A stretch of DNA of 64,000 nucleotides from an uncultured Gammaproteobacteria bacterium (lineage in GTDB: Bacteria > Pseudomonadota > Gammaproteobacteria > DRLM01). Location: assembly GCA_947259075.1 (NCBI GenBank), contig CAMYKQ010000053.1, positions 3,846 through 67,845 of the forward strand, read 5' to 3'. The translations under genes and the position numbers were made by a program. Under the pieces are notes generated by a model. That model saw only the letters and a list, made by a program, of their open reading frames with translations. It was not told the origin of the DNA and ran no database searches. Within the stretch, counting starts at the first letter, position 1; the number at the start of each line of letters is the position of its first letter. This document shows, one piece after another, positions 18,858-29,853 of this stretch.

Positions 18858-19820
18858 CTAAGCCAAGGCGCCGCCGCAGCTGCTGCCTTGTCCCGCGGTG
18901 CAGCCGTAACAATGATCTTTCACCACGATGGGTTTACCGCTCAAGTCTGCTCCGAGAAGATCTTTAATGTGGCTGCGCGGGCGGCCGTCGGCGCGCAAGG
19001 GCAAGTCTAGCATTTGATTGAAGTCGCAATCGTAGACGTAGCCCCGCCAGTCCACGCTGATGAGCGAGCGGCACATCACGGCATCCAGGTTGCCGTCCTG
19101 ATGCGCGCCGCGCAGCAGGTTCATGTAGTCCTCGAACTGACCCTTGGAGAGCAAGGTGCTGCCGAAGCGCTGGATGGGCATATTGGCCAGGGTGAAGAGT
19201 TGATTGAAGACGATGCCGAAGTTTTCTTTCAAGTGTTCTTTATACGCGGCCTGTAAAGGCCCTTGCGCGGGAGGCAGTGAGGGACCCTGCGGGTTGTACA
19301 CTAAATTTAATATCAGTCCGCCGTTTTCTTTGCCGTAACCGAGGGCATTGAGTTTTTGCAGGGCGCGGATGCTGTTGCCGAACACGCCCTTGCCGCGCTG
19401 GCGGTCGACGTTGTCTTCGAGATAACAGGGCAGCGATGCGGTGATCTCGACGCGCTGCGCCGCGAGAAATTCGCCGAGGTCTTCATGGCCCGGCTCTTCG
19501 AGGATGGTGAGATTGCAGCGGTCGATGACGCGCAAGCCCCGCGCCCGCGCGGCGCGCACGATGTCGCGAAAGTGCGGATTCATCTCCGGCGCGCCGCCGG
19601 TGAGATCGAGCGTGTGGATGTCCGCGGCGTGGATGAACTCAATGAGCTGATCCGCGGTCTCGCGGTTCATGATTTCCTTACGCCGCGGCCCGGCGTTGAC
19701 GTGACAGTGCAGGCACTGCTGATTGCAGAGATAGCCGAGGTTCACTTGCAGTGTTTCGAGCATCTTGCGCCGCAGCGCGGGAAAGCGCGTCTGTTCCAAG
19801 TGGGGCAGGGTGGCTAGCAT
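18858..19820 (-). CDS. arsS: Arsenosugar biosynthesis radical SAM protein
   Basis: CNQQCLHC, DLTGGAPE, ASLPCY, YDCDFNQML, HCYGCTAGQGSSCGGA. Confidence 0.9.
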   Translation of the reverse strand: MLATLPHLEQTRFPALRRKMLETLQVNLGYLCNQQCLHCHVNAGPRRKEIMNRETADQLIEFIHAADIHTLDLTGGAPEMNPHFRDIVRAARARGLRVIDRCNLTILEEPGHEDLGEFLAAQRVEITASLPCYLEDNVDRQRGKGVFGNSIRALQKLNALGYGKENGGLILNLVYNPQGPSLPPAQGPLQAAYKEHLKENFGIVFNQLFTLANMPIQRFGSTLLSKGQFEDYMNLLRGAHQDGNLDAVMCRSLISVDWRGYVYDCDFNQMLDLPLRADGRPRSHIKDLLGADLSGKPIVVKDHCYGCTAGQGSSCGGALA

Positions 19821-19845
19821 CGTTGCATCCTTATTGGCATGAGCA

Positions 19846-20583
19846 TTACTCTTCCGCGCGCGCGCCGCCGGCGGACGTTTTATTTTTGGCGCGGATCTTT
19901 TTTATCACAATTGGCAGCAGCGCGAATACGCCCAGCAGCGCGAAGGCCGCCAAGGTTTCGCCGGAGACAAGCTCGCGGGTGGAGTTGATCCGGCCCAGCG
20001 ATTGCCCCAGATTGGCGAAGACGAAACTGCCAGGGATGATCCCGAGCGCGGTGGCCGCGACATAGACGCGGGTGGACACCGGCGTGAAGGCCGGCACCAG
20101 ATTCACCAGCCAAAACGGAAACAGCGGCACCAGGCGCAGGAACAGTAAATAGTTAAAGGCGTTCTCGTTGAAACCGGTCATGAGTTTATTGGCGCGCGCG
20201 CCCAAGCGCCGCCGCGCGGCCTCGGCGAAGAGATAACGCGCGGCGAGAAACACCAGCGTCGCGCCCAGGGTGGCGGCGAGCACGATGATGGCCGTGCCCG
20301 TCCAGCGGCCGAAGAGCATGCCCACCGCCAGCGACATGATGACCGCGCCCGGCACGCTCAACGCCACCGCCGCGGCGTAGATCAACACGGCGCCGCCGAG
20401 CAGCGTCCAATAATGGCGTTCGGCGAGCGCGAACAGGGCCTCACGATTTTCCTTGAGCGCGGCAAGTGTCAGCCATTCATTGCCGCCCAGGGCGAAGAAG
20501 GCGGTGATGCCGCCGGCGAACAGCGCCAGCACGGCGAGTTTGAGCCAGGTTGAGTTCGCCGATTTTTTGGGGGTTGGAACCAT
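19846..20583 (-). CDS. TVP38/TMEM64 (DedA/VTT) membrane protein
   Basis: GATLVFLAARY, LRLVPLFPFWLVN. Confidence 0.88.
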   Translation of the reverse strand: MVPTPKKSANSTWLKLAVLALFAGGITAFFALGGNEWLTLAALKENREALFALAERHYWTLLGGAVLIYAAAVALSVPGAVIMSLAVGMLFGRWTGTAIIVLAATLGATLVFLAARYLFAEAARRRLGARANKLMTGFNENAFNYLLFLRLVPLFPFWLVNLVPAFTPVSTRVYVAATALGIIPGSFVFANLGQSLGRINSTRELVSGETLAAFALLGVFALLPIVIKKIRAKNKTSAGGARAEE

Positions 20584-20708
20584 GTTCAGCCTTGTTTCGC
20601 CACGGTGTCGAATCTGTCAGCCATGGCACGAAAATAGACGATAGAGATGTTGTGGTGAATGACCGCAGCGTCGCGATCGCGAGTTTAGTCGCGCGGCGCG
20701 GCCCGACC

Positions 20709-20966
20709 TTACGAATGATCCGCTCCGGCGTCGAGCGTGTGGCGGATGCGTTGTTTCGCCGCGGCGGACAGGCGCGGCGCGTCACTCTCGTCGAGGTGTT
20801 CGGGTAAATGCCGCGCAACGCGCTGGAGGAAACGCAGCTGATGCGCGTATTGATGACACATCTTGCAGATCAGCAAATGCAGGCGCAGCCCCAGGCGCTG
20901 GCCGAAGGACAGCGGGCGGTCAAGCGACTGTGACACGAGCTGGCTGGCTTCTTTGCACGATAACAT
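20709..20966 (-). CDS. zf-HC2 zinc-binding anti-sigma factor
   Basis: MLSCKEA..HLLICKMC (HxxxCxxC); coupled to the sigma stop codon. Confidence 0.85.
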   Translation of the reverse strand: MLSCKEASQLVSQSLDRPLSFGQRLGLRLHLLICKMCHQYAHQLRFLQRVARHLPEHLDESDAPRLSAAAKQRIRHTLDAGADHS

Positions 20967-21547
20967 CAGGTGCGGTCCTCGGGCTGGCGCTGAAACCAGT
21001 GCGCATCCAAACACTGTCGCATCCGCATGCGCGCGCGTGAGAGGATGACCCACAGATTATTGGTCGTGTCCACGGCCAGTTCCTGACAAATCTCTTCGGT
21101 GCTCAAACCGTCCAGTTCGCGCATCATCAGCGCGTCTCCCATGCGCGGGGGCAGGTGTTCGATGCACTCGCTGAAAATGCGCCAGAATTCTTTTTGCTCC
21201 AGCGCCTTGTCCGGGTCGCTCCACTGACTGATGTCGATGTTCCAATGGCCGCGCCGGGTAAACAGCTCGTCAGTGCGGTCGGCGGCGGTGTCGATATCAT
21301 CGCCCAAGGGTAATTCGCGCCGCGCCTTGCGCAGATGATCGACGATCTTGTGTTTGAGAATGCCGGTGAGCCAGGTCTTCTCCGACGACTGTCCGGCGTA
21401 CCGCCCGTGCGCCTGCACCGCGGCGAGCAGGGTTTCCTGCACCATGTCTTCGGCCAGCATGCTGTCGCGCAAACGCACCATGGCGTAGCGGTAAAGGGCA
21501 TCGCCGTATTTATCCAGCCACTCGCTGGGTTCGCTGGTGATAGACAT
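20966..21547 (-). CDS. ECF sigma factor
   Basis: AEDMVQET, TWLTGILKHK, MRELDGLSTEEIC, SRARMR. Confidence 0.9.
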   Translation of the reverse strand: MSITSEPSEWLDKYGDALYRYAMVRLRDSMLAEDMVQETLLAAVQAHGRYAGQSSEKTWLTGILKHKIVDHLRKARRELPLGDDIDTAADRTDELFTRRGHWNIDISQWSDPDKALEQKEFWRIFSECIEHLPPRMGDALMMRELDGLSTEEICQELAVDTTNNLWVILSRARMRMRQCLDAHWFQRQPEDRT

Positions 21548-21599
21548 GCTGCGGGTCGCGTATCCAAGCCGGTTATGCGTGATTGCGCGCCTATGATAC

Positions 21600-23030
21600 T
21601 CATGCGCCGCGTAAACGGAAAATCCGTTTGATCCATTGCTTCGCGCCCGGGGTCAGCCCCGCCTTGAGGCGCTGGTCGGCCACACGGCGGTTGATCTGCG
21701 CCAGGGTTGGATAAATATGGATCACCCCCGAGAGATCCTTGGCCTTCATGCCTTTGGCGAGGGCGAGGACGTATTCGTGGATCAATTCACCGGCGTGGGG
21801 CCCCACCAGCGCCGCGCCCAAGAGTTTGCCTTTGGGGCCGGTGAGAATCTTGGCGAAGCCTTCGGTGTTGCCGTCGGCTTGCGCGCGGTCCAGTTCGTGA
21901 AAGGGAAAGGTGAAGGTTTGATGTTCGATGCCTTGCTGCCGCGCTTCATTTTCCGACAGGCCCACCCGCGCGACTTCGGGGTCGCTGTAGGTACACCAGG
22001 GGATCACGCGCCGTTCGACCTTGGCCGGCAGGCGGAACAGGGTATTGCGCAAGATCACCCCGGCGTGGTGTTCGGCCATATGCGTGAAGAGATAGGGGCC
22101 GGTGACGTCGCCGCAGGCGTAGATGTGTTTCGTGCTGGTACGCAGCCGCGCATCGCTCTGAATATAACCGCGCTGGGTCTCGACGCCGGCGGCCTCCAAA
22201 CCCAGGGACTCGCTGTTGGCGCGGCGGCCGGTGGCGATCAGCAGGTGCGTGCCGCGCAGTGTGATTTCCGCGCCGGTGGCGTCTTTGAGCGTGAGGCGGA
22301 TGTCACCGGCCTCGCCGCCGACGCGCAGGGCATCGCTATTGAGATGTAAATTCACGCCTTCGGCGCGTAAACGCGTTTCCACCACGGCGGCGACGTCGCG
22401 GTCTTCCACCGGCAGCAATTGCGGTCCGCGCTGCACCAGGCTGACTTCGCTGCCGAGGCGGGCGAAGGCCTGGGCCAGTTCCACGCCGATGGGGCCGCCG
22501 CCCAGTACGAGCAGCCGCGGCACCGCTTCGCGCAGCTCAAAAACGTTTTCGTTAGTGAGGTAGGGGACGCGGTCCAGTCCTTCGACGGGCGGCGCTGCCG
22601 GGCGCGAACCCGTGGCGATGACGAAATTTTTCGCGCGCAGCGCGCGGCCGTCTACCTCAAAGGTGTAGGGATTAGTGAAGTGACCCGCGCCGAAGATCAC
22701 CTCGATGCCCATGCCGCGGAAACGCTCGGGGCTGTCGTTGACCTCGATGGTTTGGATCACCGAATTCACCCGCAGCATGACCTGGCCGATATCTATTTTG
22801 GGCGCGTGGCCGGGCAGGCCGTAGGCCGCCGCCGTGCGCGCCAGATGCGCGACCTTGGCGGCATGCAGCAGGGCCTTGCTGGGGACGCAGCCGGTCCAGA
22901 GGCAATCACCGCCCAGGCGGTGTTTTTCCACCAGGACCACCTTGGCGCCGAGGGCCGCGCCGCCCGCCGCGACCACCAGGCCGCCGGCGCCGCCGCCGAT
23001 GACGCAGAGATCGAATTCGGTTTGACTCAT
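21600..23030 (-). CDS. FAD-dependent pyridine nucleotide-disulfide oxidoreductase (MerA/Lpd-like)
   Basis: GGGAGG, GGDCLWTGCVPSK, GGGPIG, HIYPT; lacks the MerA C-terminal CC pair. Confidence 0.88.
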   Translation of the reverse strand: MSQTEFDLCVIGGGAGGLVVAAGGAALGAKVVLVEKHRLGGDCLWTGCVPSKALLHAAKVAHLARTAAAYGLPGHAPKIDIGQVMLRVNSVIQTIEVNDSPERFRGMGIEVIFGAGHFTNPYTFEVDGRALRAKNFVIATGSRPAAPPVEGLDRVPYLTNENVFELREAVPRLLVLGGGPIGVELAQAFARLGSEVSLVQRGPQLLPVEDRDVAAVVETRLRAEGVNLHLNSDALRVGGEAGDIRLTLKDATGAEITLRGTHLLIATGRRANSESLGLEAAGVETQRGYIQSDARLRTSTKHIYACGDVTGPYLFTHMAEHHAGVILRNTLFRLPAKVERRVIPWCTYSDPEVARVGLSENEARQQGIEHQTFTFPFHELDRAQADGNTEGFAKILTGPKGKLLGAALVGPHAGELIHEYVLALAKGMKAKDLSGVIHIYPTLAQINRRVADQRLKAGLTPGAKQWIKRIFRLRGA

Positions 23031-23313
23031 GGCGTGGCTCCTTGGCGGTATTGCCCCGCGGTGATGGCGCGGCGCGTATCACCGTAGCGGGTTTCCGCCG
23101 GTGGGGCAATTAGTTGGGACGGATGGCGTGTGCATGAAGGCTGGCGCATGATCGGACAATGAGTCGCGGATCACGGCGATTCCTTACAGCTTAGGCGGCG
23201 CGGACGCGGGCTTGGGGTATATAATCCCCGGCACGCATAAAAATATGTCCGCCTCGCGGCAGAGACTAAAGAGGGGCATCACAATTAATAACGCGGGCTG
23301 GATGGGAGACAAT

Positions 23314-24477
23314 ATGAAGCTCGATCTCTTCTTGCAAATGATGGTCGACGAGGGCGCGTCTGACCTTTTCGTCACCGCGGGCGTGGTGCCCAGCATGAAG
23401 GTGCATGGTAGTGTCGAGCGTATCAGCAGCGAGGTGCTGGGGCCGGAGCAGGCGCGCGGCATGATCTACGCCATCATGAGCGAGGCCCAGCAACGCGAGT
23501 TCGAGGCCACGCGTGAATGCAATTTCGCCCTGCACAAACCGCGGCTGGGGCGGTTCCGGGTCAACGTGTTTCAGCACCAGAACAACATCGGCATGGTCTT
23601 GCGCCGCATCGAGACTCATATTCCCACCATCGATGAATTGCGGCTGCCGCAGCTGCTTGAAGAGCTGAGCATGACCAAGCGCGGCTTGGTGCTGGTGGTC
23701 GGCGCCACCGGCACCGGCAAATCCACTACGCTCGCGGCCATGGTCGGTCACCGCAACCGCAATGACCGCGGCCATATCGTCTGCGTCGAAGACCCCATCG
23801 AATTCGTCCACCAGCCGCAAGGCTGCATCATCACTCAACGCGAAGTGGGCATCGACACCGACTCCTTCGAGTCGGCCTTGAAAAACGCCTTGCGCCAGGC
23901 GCCGGACGTGGTGCTGGTGGGCGAAATCCGTTCGCGCGAGGCGATGGAGCACGCCCTCGCCTTCAGCGAGACCGGCCACCTGTGCTTGGCCACCCTGCAC
24001 TCTACTAATGCCGCGCAGACCCTGGACCGCATCGTGCATTTATTTCCGCGTGACCGCCGCGATCATCTCTTGCTGGACCTGTCGCTCAATCTTCGGGCCG
24101 TCGTTGCCCAGCGCTTGGTGCCTCGCGCCGAGGGTAACGGCCGGCGCGTGGCGATGGAGGTCTTACTCAACACGCCGCTGGCGGCGGATATGATTCATCG
24201 TGGCGACACCCATTTGCTCAAGGATTTGATGAAGCGTTCCGCCGAGCTGGGTATGCGCACCTTCGATCACGCGGTGTACGAGCTCTATAACCAAGGCGAG
24301 ATCAGCTACGACGACGCCCTTGCCCACGCCGACTCCACCAATGAGGTGCGTTTGATGGTCAAGCTCAACAAGGGTGGCGATCCGCGCGCCTTGGCCACGG
24401 AGGTGGAGCGGGCGGGCTTGGTGCGCAACCGGGACGAGGAGCCGCCCATCACCCAAGTGGGCGCCGTCAAAGTGTAG
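23314..24477 (+). CDS. pilU: Type IV pilus retraction ATPase PilU
   Basis: GATGTGKST, EDPIEF, QREVG.DT, LRQAPD, ETGHL..ATLH, NEVRLMVK. Confidence 0.85.
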   Translation: MKLDLFLQMMVDEGASDLFVTAGVVPSMKVHGSVERISSEVLGPEQARGMIYAIMSEAQQREFEATRECNFALHKPRLGRFRVNVFQHQNNIGMVLRRIETHIPTIDELRLPQLLEELSMTKRGLVLVVGATGTGKSTTLAAMVGHRNRNDRGHIVCVEDPIEFVHQPQGCIITQREVGIDTDSFESALKNALRQAPDVVLVGEIRSREAMEHALAFSETGHLCLATLHSTNAAQTLDRIVHLFPRDRRDHLLLDLSLNLRAVVAQRLVPRAEGNGRRVAMEVLLNTPLAADMIHRGDTHLLKDLMKRSAELGMRTFDHAVYELYNQGEISYDDALAHADSTNEVRLMVKLNKGGDPRALATEVERAGLVRNRDEEPPITQVGAVKV

Positions 24478-24492
24478 TGACGGCGGTGTGCT

Positions 24493-25779
24493 TCAGCGCG
24501 CGCCGCGCTCGAAGACGATTTTCCCCTTGAACAGCGTCCAATTCACCCGGCCCTTCAACTGCCAGCCCATGAAGGGCGTGTTGTGGCCGCGGCTGATCAG
24601 GGTCCGTTTGTCCAATTCCCAGTAGGCCTCGGGGTCGAAAACGCAGACATCGGCGGCGGCCCCCGCGCCGAGGGTGCCGGCCTTGAGCCCTAGCAGACGC
24701 GCCGGTTGCTGGCTTAGGCGCGCGATCACCTCACGCAGCGGCATCACGCCTTCCTCCACCATGCGCAGACTGAGCGGCAACAGGGTTTCCAGGCCCGACA
24801 GCCCCGCCGCGGTTTCGGCGAAGGGCCGCAGTTTGGCATCGCTCTCGTGGGGCTGGTGATCGGAGCAGATGGCGCTCAAGGTGCCCTTGGCCAAGGCGGC
24901 GCGCAGGGCGTCGCGGTCGCGTTCGGTGCGCAGCGGCGGCTGCACATGACACTGGCTGTCGAAAAATCCCAAATCGATTTCGGTGAGGTGCAAATGGTGG
25001 GCGCTGACATCGGCCGTCACCGGCAGGCCGTCATATTGCGCGCGCGCCACCATGCGCACCGCCTCGGCGGTGGAGAGCTGGCAGAAATGCGCGCGTACCC
25101 CGGTCTGGCGGATCAGCGCCAGGTCCCGGGCCACCGCCACGGTCTCCGCCGCCTCGGGGATGCCAGGCAGGCCCAGCCGGGTGCTGACTTGGCCTTCGTG
25201 GACGCAGCCGTTATTGCGCAGCGAGGGGTCCTCGGCGTGGAGGAAGACGGTTAAATCATGGGTGGCGGCGTATTCCATGGCGCGGCGCATCACTAAAGTG
25301 TTGCTGAGCGGCTGGCGGGCGTTACTCACCCCGACGCAGCCGGCGGCCTTGAGGGCGCCCATCTCGCTGAGGTGCGTGCCTTTCAGACCTTGGGTGAGGG
25401 CGCCGAGGGGGCGCACCCGCGCCAGGCCCGCTTTTTGAGCGCGGCGCTGAATCAGCGTCGCCACCGCGGGGGTGTCCACCACCGGGTCGGTGTCGGGCGG
25501 GCAGCACAGGGTGGTGATGCCGCCTGAGACCGCCGCCGCGGTCTCGCTGGCGATGGTGGCCTTGTGTTCCGCGCCCGGCTCGCGCAGGTGGGCGCGCAGA
25601 TCGACCAGGCCGGGGCAGACGATGTGGCCGCTGACGTCGATCTCGCGCTCGGCCTGAAAACCGTCCGGCGCCGCGCCGACGGCGGCGATGTGGCCGCCGG
25701 CGATCCACAGATCCAGCGGCGCGTCGATACCATTGGCCGGATCCACCACCCGGCCGCCAAAGAGGCGCAGCCGCATCAT
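24493..25779 (-). CDS. pyrC: Dihydroorotase-like protein (PyrC', likely non-catalytic)
   Basis: [19 protein letters not shown]; follows pyrB. Confidence 0.85.
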   Translation of the reverse strand: MMRLRLFGGRVVDPANGIDAPLDLWIAGGHIAAVGAAPDGFQAEREIDVSGHIVCPGLVDLRAHLREPGAEHKATIASETAAAVSGGITTLCCPPDTDPVVDTPAVATLIQRRAQKAGLARVRPLGALTQGLKGTHLSEMGALKAAGCVGVSNARQPLSNTLVMRRAMEYAATHDLTVFLHAEDPSLRNNGCVHEGQVSTRLGLPGIPEAAETVAVARDLALIRQTGVRAHFCQLSTAEAVRMVARAQYDGLPVTADVSAHHLHLTEIDLGFFDSQCHVQPPLRTERDRDALRAALAKGTLSAICSDHQPHESDAKLRPFAETAAGLSGLETLLPLSLRMVEEGVMPLREVIARLSQQPARLLGLKAGTLGAGAAADVCVFDPEAYWELDKRTLISRGHNTPFMGWQLKGRVNWTLFKGKIVFERGAR

Positions 25780-26756
25780 GCCGCCTTCCCTTCTCCCAGC
25801 GGGACCGTGCCCATGGCCATGGCCATCACCGCCATGCGCACCGCGATGCCGTGGGTGACTTGCTGCAGGATCACCGAGCGCGGGCCGTCGGCGACGTCCG
25901 AGGCCATTTCCACGCCGCGGTTGATCGGACCCGGGTGCATGACGATGGCGTCGGGCTTGGCGGCCGCGAGTTTGTCCTCGGTGAGGCCGTAGAGTTGAAA
26001 GTATTCGTGCTCACTGGGCAGCAGGGCGCCCTGCATGCGTTCATTTTGCAGGCGCAGGGCGATGACGACATCGGCGCCTTGCAATCCGGCGCGCAGATCG
26101 TGAAAGACATGCACGCCCAGCGTTTCCACCTCGGCGGGGATCAAAGTTTTCGGGCCGATCACGCGTACCTCGTTGACCCCCAGGGTGGTGAGCGCGTGGA
26201 TTTGCGAGCGCGCGACCCGCGAGTGGAGGATATCGCCGACGATGGCTACGGTCAGCGGCGCGAACTCGCCCTTCACCCGGCGGATGGTGAACATATCGAG
26301 CATCGCTTGCGTGGGGTGGGCGTGGCGGCCGTCGCCGGCGTTGATCACATGCACGTGCGGCGCGACGTGTTCGGCGATGAAATGCGCCGCGCCCGAGTCG
26401 GCGTGGCGCACCACGAACATATCGCAGTGCATCGCCTCGAGGTTGCGCAGCGTGTCCAGCAGGGTCTCGCCCTTGGTGGCGGCGGAGACGGTGATATTGA
26501 GATTGAGCACGTCCGCCGACAGGCGCTTGGCCGCGAGTTCGAAGGTGGTGCGGGTGCGGGTGCTGGACTCGAAGAAAAGATTGACGATGGTCTTGCCGCG
26601 CAGCAGCGGCACTTTTTTCACCGTCTGTTCGGTGACGCCGGCGAAGGATTCGGCGAGGTCGAGGATATCCACCAGCAGCGCCCGTTTCAGCCCTTCGATG
26701 CTGAGAAAGTGGCGCAGGCGGCCCTGTTCGTCCAATTGCAGATTACGCGACATCAT
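25776..26756 (-). CDS. pyrB: Aspartate carbamoyltransferase
   Basis: [21 protein letters not shown]. Confidence 0.95.
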   Translation of the reverse strand: MMSRNLQLDEQGRLRHFLSIEGLKRALLVDILDLAESFAGVTEQTVKKVPLLRGKTIVNLFFESSTRTRTTFELAAKRLSADVLNLNITVSAATKGETLLDTLRNLEAMHCDMFVVRHADSGAAHFIAEHVAPHVHVINAGDGRHAHPTQAMLDMFTIRRVKGEFAPLTVAIVGDILHSRVARSQIHALTTLGVNEVRVIGPKTLIPAEVETLGVHVFHDLRAGLQGADVVIALRLQNERMQGALLPSEHEYFQLYGLTEDKLAAAKPDAIVMHPGPINRGVEMASDVADGPRSVILQQVTHGIAVRMAVMAMAMGTVPLGEGKAA

Positions 26757-26796
26757 GGTTGGGCGCGGCTTCCCTGTGCCTGTGAGTGAGTGAGCT

Positions 26797-27303
26797 TCAT
26801 CCGTCGCGGCGCACGCTGAGCTTGAGCGGCGCCGGGCCGGAGAGCTTGATATGTTCCGTGGGCGCCAGCGCGATGTAAAGCCCGGCGACGTCGGCTTGAA
26901 TGGGCAGCTCGCGGCCGCCGCGATCGACCAGGGCCACCAGCATGATGCTCGCCGGGCGGCCGTAGTCGAAGATCTCATTCAAGGCCGCGCGGATGGTGCG
27001 GCCGGTATAGAGCACGTCATCGACCAGTACGATGTGGCGGTCATCGACCGTGGCGGGCAACTGTGAGGGCCGCACCGCGGGATTGAGGCCGATGCGGGTG
27101 AAGTCGTCGCGATAAAAGGAAATATCGAGTTTGCCCAGCGGCTCGCTGAGTTTGAGCAGGGTGTGCAGGCGTTCCGCCACCCACACCCCGCCGGTGTGGA
27201 TGCCGATCAGCAGGGGATCGCGGATGCCGCGCGCGGTCCATTGCGTTTGCAATTCCGCCGCCATTCGTTCGAGTAGTTTTTCGACGTCGTGGTCTTGGCT
27301 CAT
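26797..27303 (-). CDS. pyrR: PyrR regulator / uracil phosphoribosyltransferase
   Basis: [26 protein letters not shown]. Confidence 0.95.
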   Translation of the reverse strand: MSQDHDVEKLLERMAAELQTQWTARGIRDPLLIGIHTGGVWVAERLHTLLKLSEPLGKLDISFYRDDFTRIGLNPAVRPSQLPATVDDRHIVLVDDVLYTGRTIRAALNEIFDYGRPASIMLVALVDRGGRELPIQADVAGLYIALAPTEHIKLSGPAPLKLSVRRDG

Positions 27304-27755
27304 CGTGTCGCGCCCAGGGTGTGTGAATGATCCGCCAGCCAGCTTTCCAAAATGATTTGCGCGGCGATGCGGTCCAGCTCTTCTTTGGCGGCGCGGCTGC
27401 GCGGCGCCTTGCGGCCGCGGTGGCTGACGCGTTGCGCCGCCTCGTGGGAGGAGAGCCGCTCGTCGATCAAGTGGACCGGCAGACCGTAACGCTGTTGCAG
27501 CGCCGCCGCGAAGGCGCGCACCGGCGCGGCCATGTCATGTTCTTTCTCATCCAGATGCGTGGGCAGGCCCACCACCAGCGCCTCGGGCCGCCAGGCGGCG
27601 ATCAATTCGTCGATGAGCGGCCAGTCGGCGTCTTCACCACGTGCCGCCACCGTGGCCAGCGGCCGGGCGCTGGCGGTGATGCCTTGCCCCACCGCGACGC
27701 CGATGCGCCTTTTGCCGTAATCGAAGCCGAGCACGGTGCCGGATGTCCCGTTCAT
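27300..27755 (-). CDS. ruvX: RuvX/YqgF nuclease
   Basis: FDYG..RIGVA, VVGLP, DERLSS, D..AA.IILE. Confidence 0.92.
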   Translation of the reverse strand: MNGTSGTVLGFDYGKRRIGVAVGQGITASARPLATVAARGEDADWPLIDELIAAWRPEALVVGLPTHLDEKEHDMAAPVRAFAAALQQRYGLPVHLIDERLSSHEAAQRVSHRGRKAPRSRAAKEELDRIAAQIILESWLADHSHTLGATR

Positions 27756-28312
27756 GCGTGACCGATTTGGCTGGAGAGGTGATTGAGGTCGACCCCCATC
27801 GAGGCCGCCGCCGCTTCCCAGCGCTGTTGCCACGGCGTATGAAAAATAATCTGCTGGTCGGCGGGGCCGGAGAGCCAAACGTTGTCGGCCATTTCCTGCT
27901 CCAGCTGGCCCGCGCCCCAGCCGGCGTAACCCAGGGCGACGAAGATGTCGCGCGGGCCCTTGCCGTGGGCGATGACTTCGAGGATGTCCTTGGAGGTGGC
28001 GAGGCCGATCCCGTCCGAGATGCGCAGCATGCTGTCCCAGTCCCCCGCCGGGGTGTGCAGCACGAAGCCGCGCTCGGTCTGCACCGGGCCGCCCATGAAC
28101 ACCGTGTGCCGCCCGGCCTGCGCGTCGTCGCTGTCGATGTGCATGTGTTGCAGCACCTCGCCCAGGCTGAGATTGAGCGGGCGGTTGATGACGATGCCCA
28201 TGGCCCCTTGCCCGGTGTGCTCGCAGATATAGGTGACGGTGCGCTGGAAGTTGGGATCCTCCAGCGTGGGCATGGCGATGAGAAATTGGTTGGAGAGGGA
28301 AAGCGTGCTCAT
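27752..28312 (-). CDS. yqgE: YqgE/AlgH family protein
   Basis: FLIAMP..DPNF, GGPV, GYAGW..GQLE.E. Confidence 0.93.
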   Translation of the reverse strand: MSTLSLSNQFLIAMPTLEDPNFQRTVTYICEHTGQGAMGIVINRPLNLSLGEVLQHMHIDSDDAQAGRHTVFMGGPVQTERGFVLHTPAGDWDSMLRISDGIGLATSKDILEVIAHGKGPRDIFVALGYAGWGAGQLEQEMADNVWLSGPADQQIIFHTPWQQRWEAAAASMGVDLNHLSSQIGHA

Positions 28313-28369
28313 GATGGCGGATAGTATCCGCTGAATCGCGCCGTGCTGACAAGCGAGCGCGCCGCGGCT

Positions 28370-29245
28370 TTAGTCGGAGGCGAAGCGGTTGCCGCCCAGG
28401 AATTGCCAGGCGCGGGTGATGTTGATGACGTCGTAGTTCTTGCGGTGTTCCGGCAGGAAGGGGGCGTAAGGGGCGGCGAGATGGACGATGCGCACGGCGG
28501 CGTCGTCCAGCGCCTTTTCACCGGAGGAGTGGGTGATCTCAACGTGACGCACGCTGCCGTCGGGGTTGATGGCGACGTTCATCACCAGGCTGCCGGAGAG
28601 GTTGCGGCGCCTGGCCTCTTCGGGGTAGTTGAGGTTGCCGATGCGTTCCACCTTGGTGCGCCAAGCCTCCATGTAGGCGGCATCGCGGTAGGCCTTGCTG
28701 CGCGAGGTGATGGTCAATTGCCGCGGGAGTTTGCTGTAGGCCCGGGAGGCGTCTTCGATCTCGGCGCTGAGCTGGGCGATCTCGCGGCTGCGCATGATGA
28801 GCTGGGCGGCGCTGGGGGTGGCGGCCGCCTCCTCGTCCGGGGTGGCGGCCGCCACGTCGGGCACCTCCGCCTCATCGGCTGCGCGGGTGATGAGTTTCGT
28901 GGTCTGCGGCAGCGGCGGCGCCGCCACCTGGCGCGGCGGGCTGATGATGTCGCTTTGTCCGCTCACGGGCAGCGGCGCGGGGGTGGGTGGCGGACGGGTG
29001 GGGCGGGTGGCTTGCTCGGTGTTGCCGCCGCCGTCTTGATTGGTTTGCGCCAGATAATCCGCCTCGTCCGGGGCCTTTTTGCTTTCCTCTTGAGCGAGGA
29101 TGACATCGAGGGTGGGATAGGGATTTTTTTTGGCCGGGTCCGGCGCGGCGAAGACGATGCCCAGCACGATGATGGCGTGCACGGCGATGGAGATGAACAG
29201 GGTCAGGCCCAAGCGGTCGGCGGGGGTGATGACGGCGGCGTTCAT
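28370..29245 (-). CDS. tonB: Energy transducer TonB (TonB3-like)
   Basis: SIAVH anchor, KVERIGNLNYP, SSG..LD.AA; conserved position beside yqgE. Confidence 0.88.
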   Translation of the reverse strand: MNAAVITPADRLGLTLFISIAVHAIIVLGIVFAAPDPAKKNPYPTLDVILAQEESKKAPDEADYLAQTNQDGGGNTEQATRPTRPPPTPAPLPVSGQSDIISPPRQVAAPPLPQTTKLITRAADEAEVPDVAAATPDEEAAATPSAAQLIMRSREIAQLSAEIEDASRAYSKLPRQLTITSRSKAYRDAAYMEAWRTKVERIGNLNYPEEARRRNLSGSLVMNVAINPDGSVRHVEITHSSGEKALDDAAVRIVHLAAPYAPFLPEHRKNYDVINITRAWQFLGGNRFASD

Positions 29246-29763
29246 GGTGACGCCCCGGCCCGCAGGCCTTTGAGGGTGAGCAGGGCGATGACCCCGCTCA
29301 CCGTGCCGAAGATCACCGCCGCGCTCATCAGCAGCGGAAACAGGTGCAGCAAGGCCTCGTGCGGAATGAACAGCCAATAGGCGGTCCAGAATTGCGCCGC
29401 CATATGCGCCAAGGCCGCCAGCAGGCTATAGCCCACCGGGCCGAACAGCCCGACCGGCGCCCAGCTGGCGAGGCGCAGCACCGCGACGCTGGCCACCGCC
29501 CCCGCCAGGCTGAGGGCGAAGGTGGGGGAGAGAAAGGTGCCGATGACGATGCTGCCCACCAGCACCCGCAGCAGCGCCACCCAGGCGGCGGTGGACCAGC
29601 CGTAGTGGATGAGGGCGATGACGGTGACCACATTGGCGAGGCCGGGTTTGACCCCGGGCAGGGGGCTGGGCAGGGCGCTTTCGGCGATATGAATGCTGAT
29701 CGCCAGGGCGGTGAGCCAGGCGATGCGGTGGTCGTCGCGGGTGCTGTGTACGGTTTCGCTCAT
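29242..29763 (-). CDS. Gx transporter family membrane protein
   Basis: E..LP.P.PGVK.GLAN, S..AA.AH..AQ. Confidence 0.82.
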   Translation of the reverse strand: MSETVHSTRDDHRIAWLTALAISIHIAESALPSPLPGVKPGLANVVTVIALIHYGWSTAAWVALLRVLVGSIVIGTFLSPTFALSLAGAVASVAVLRLASWAPVGLFGPVGYSLLAALAHMAAQFWTAYWLFIPHEALLHLFPLLMSAAVIFGTVSGVIALLTLKGLRAGASP

Positions 29764-29853
29764 GCCGTGATCGTCATTGGCCTGTCCCGGGCGCGCTGTT
29801 TCCCCTTCCTAACGGCGCGCGGGGGTGTTGTATTAATGCCGACAGTATTCCGC

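Noticed and set aside
21600-23030. Call as mercuric reductase merA
   Set aside because: No C-terminal Cys pair or NmerA domain, and no mer genes nearby
24493-25779. pyrC as a pseudogene because HxH is degenerate
   Set aside because: Intact ORF matching the known non-catalytic PyrC' partner of PyrB
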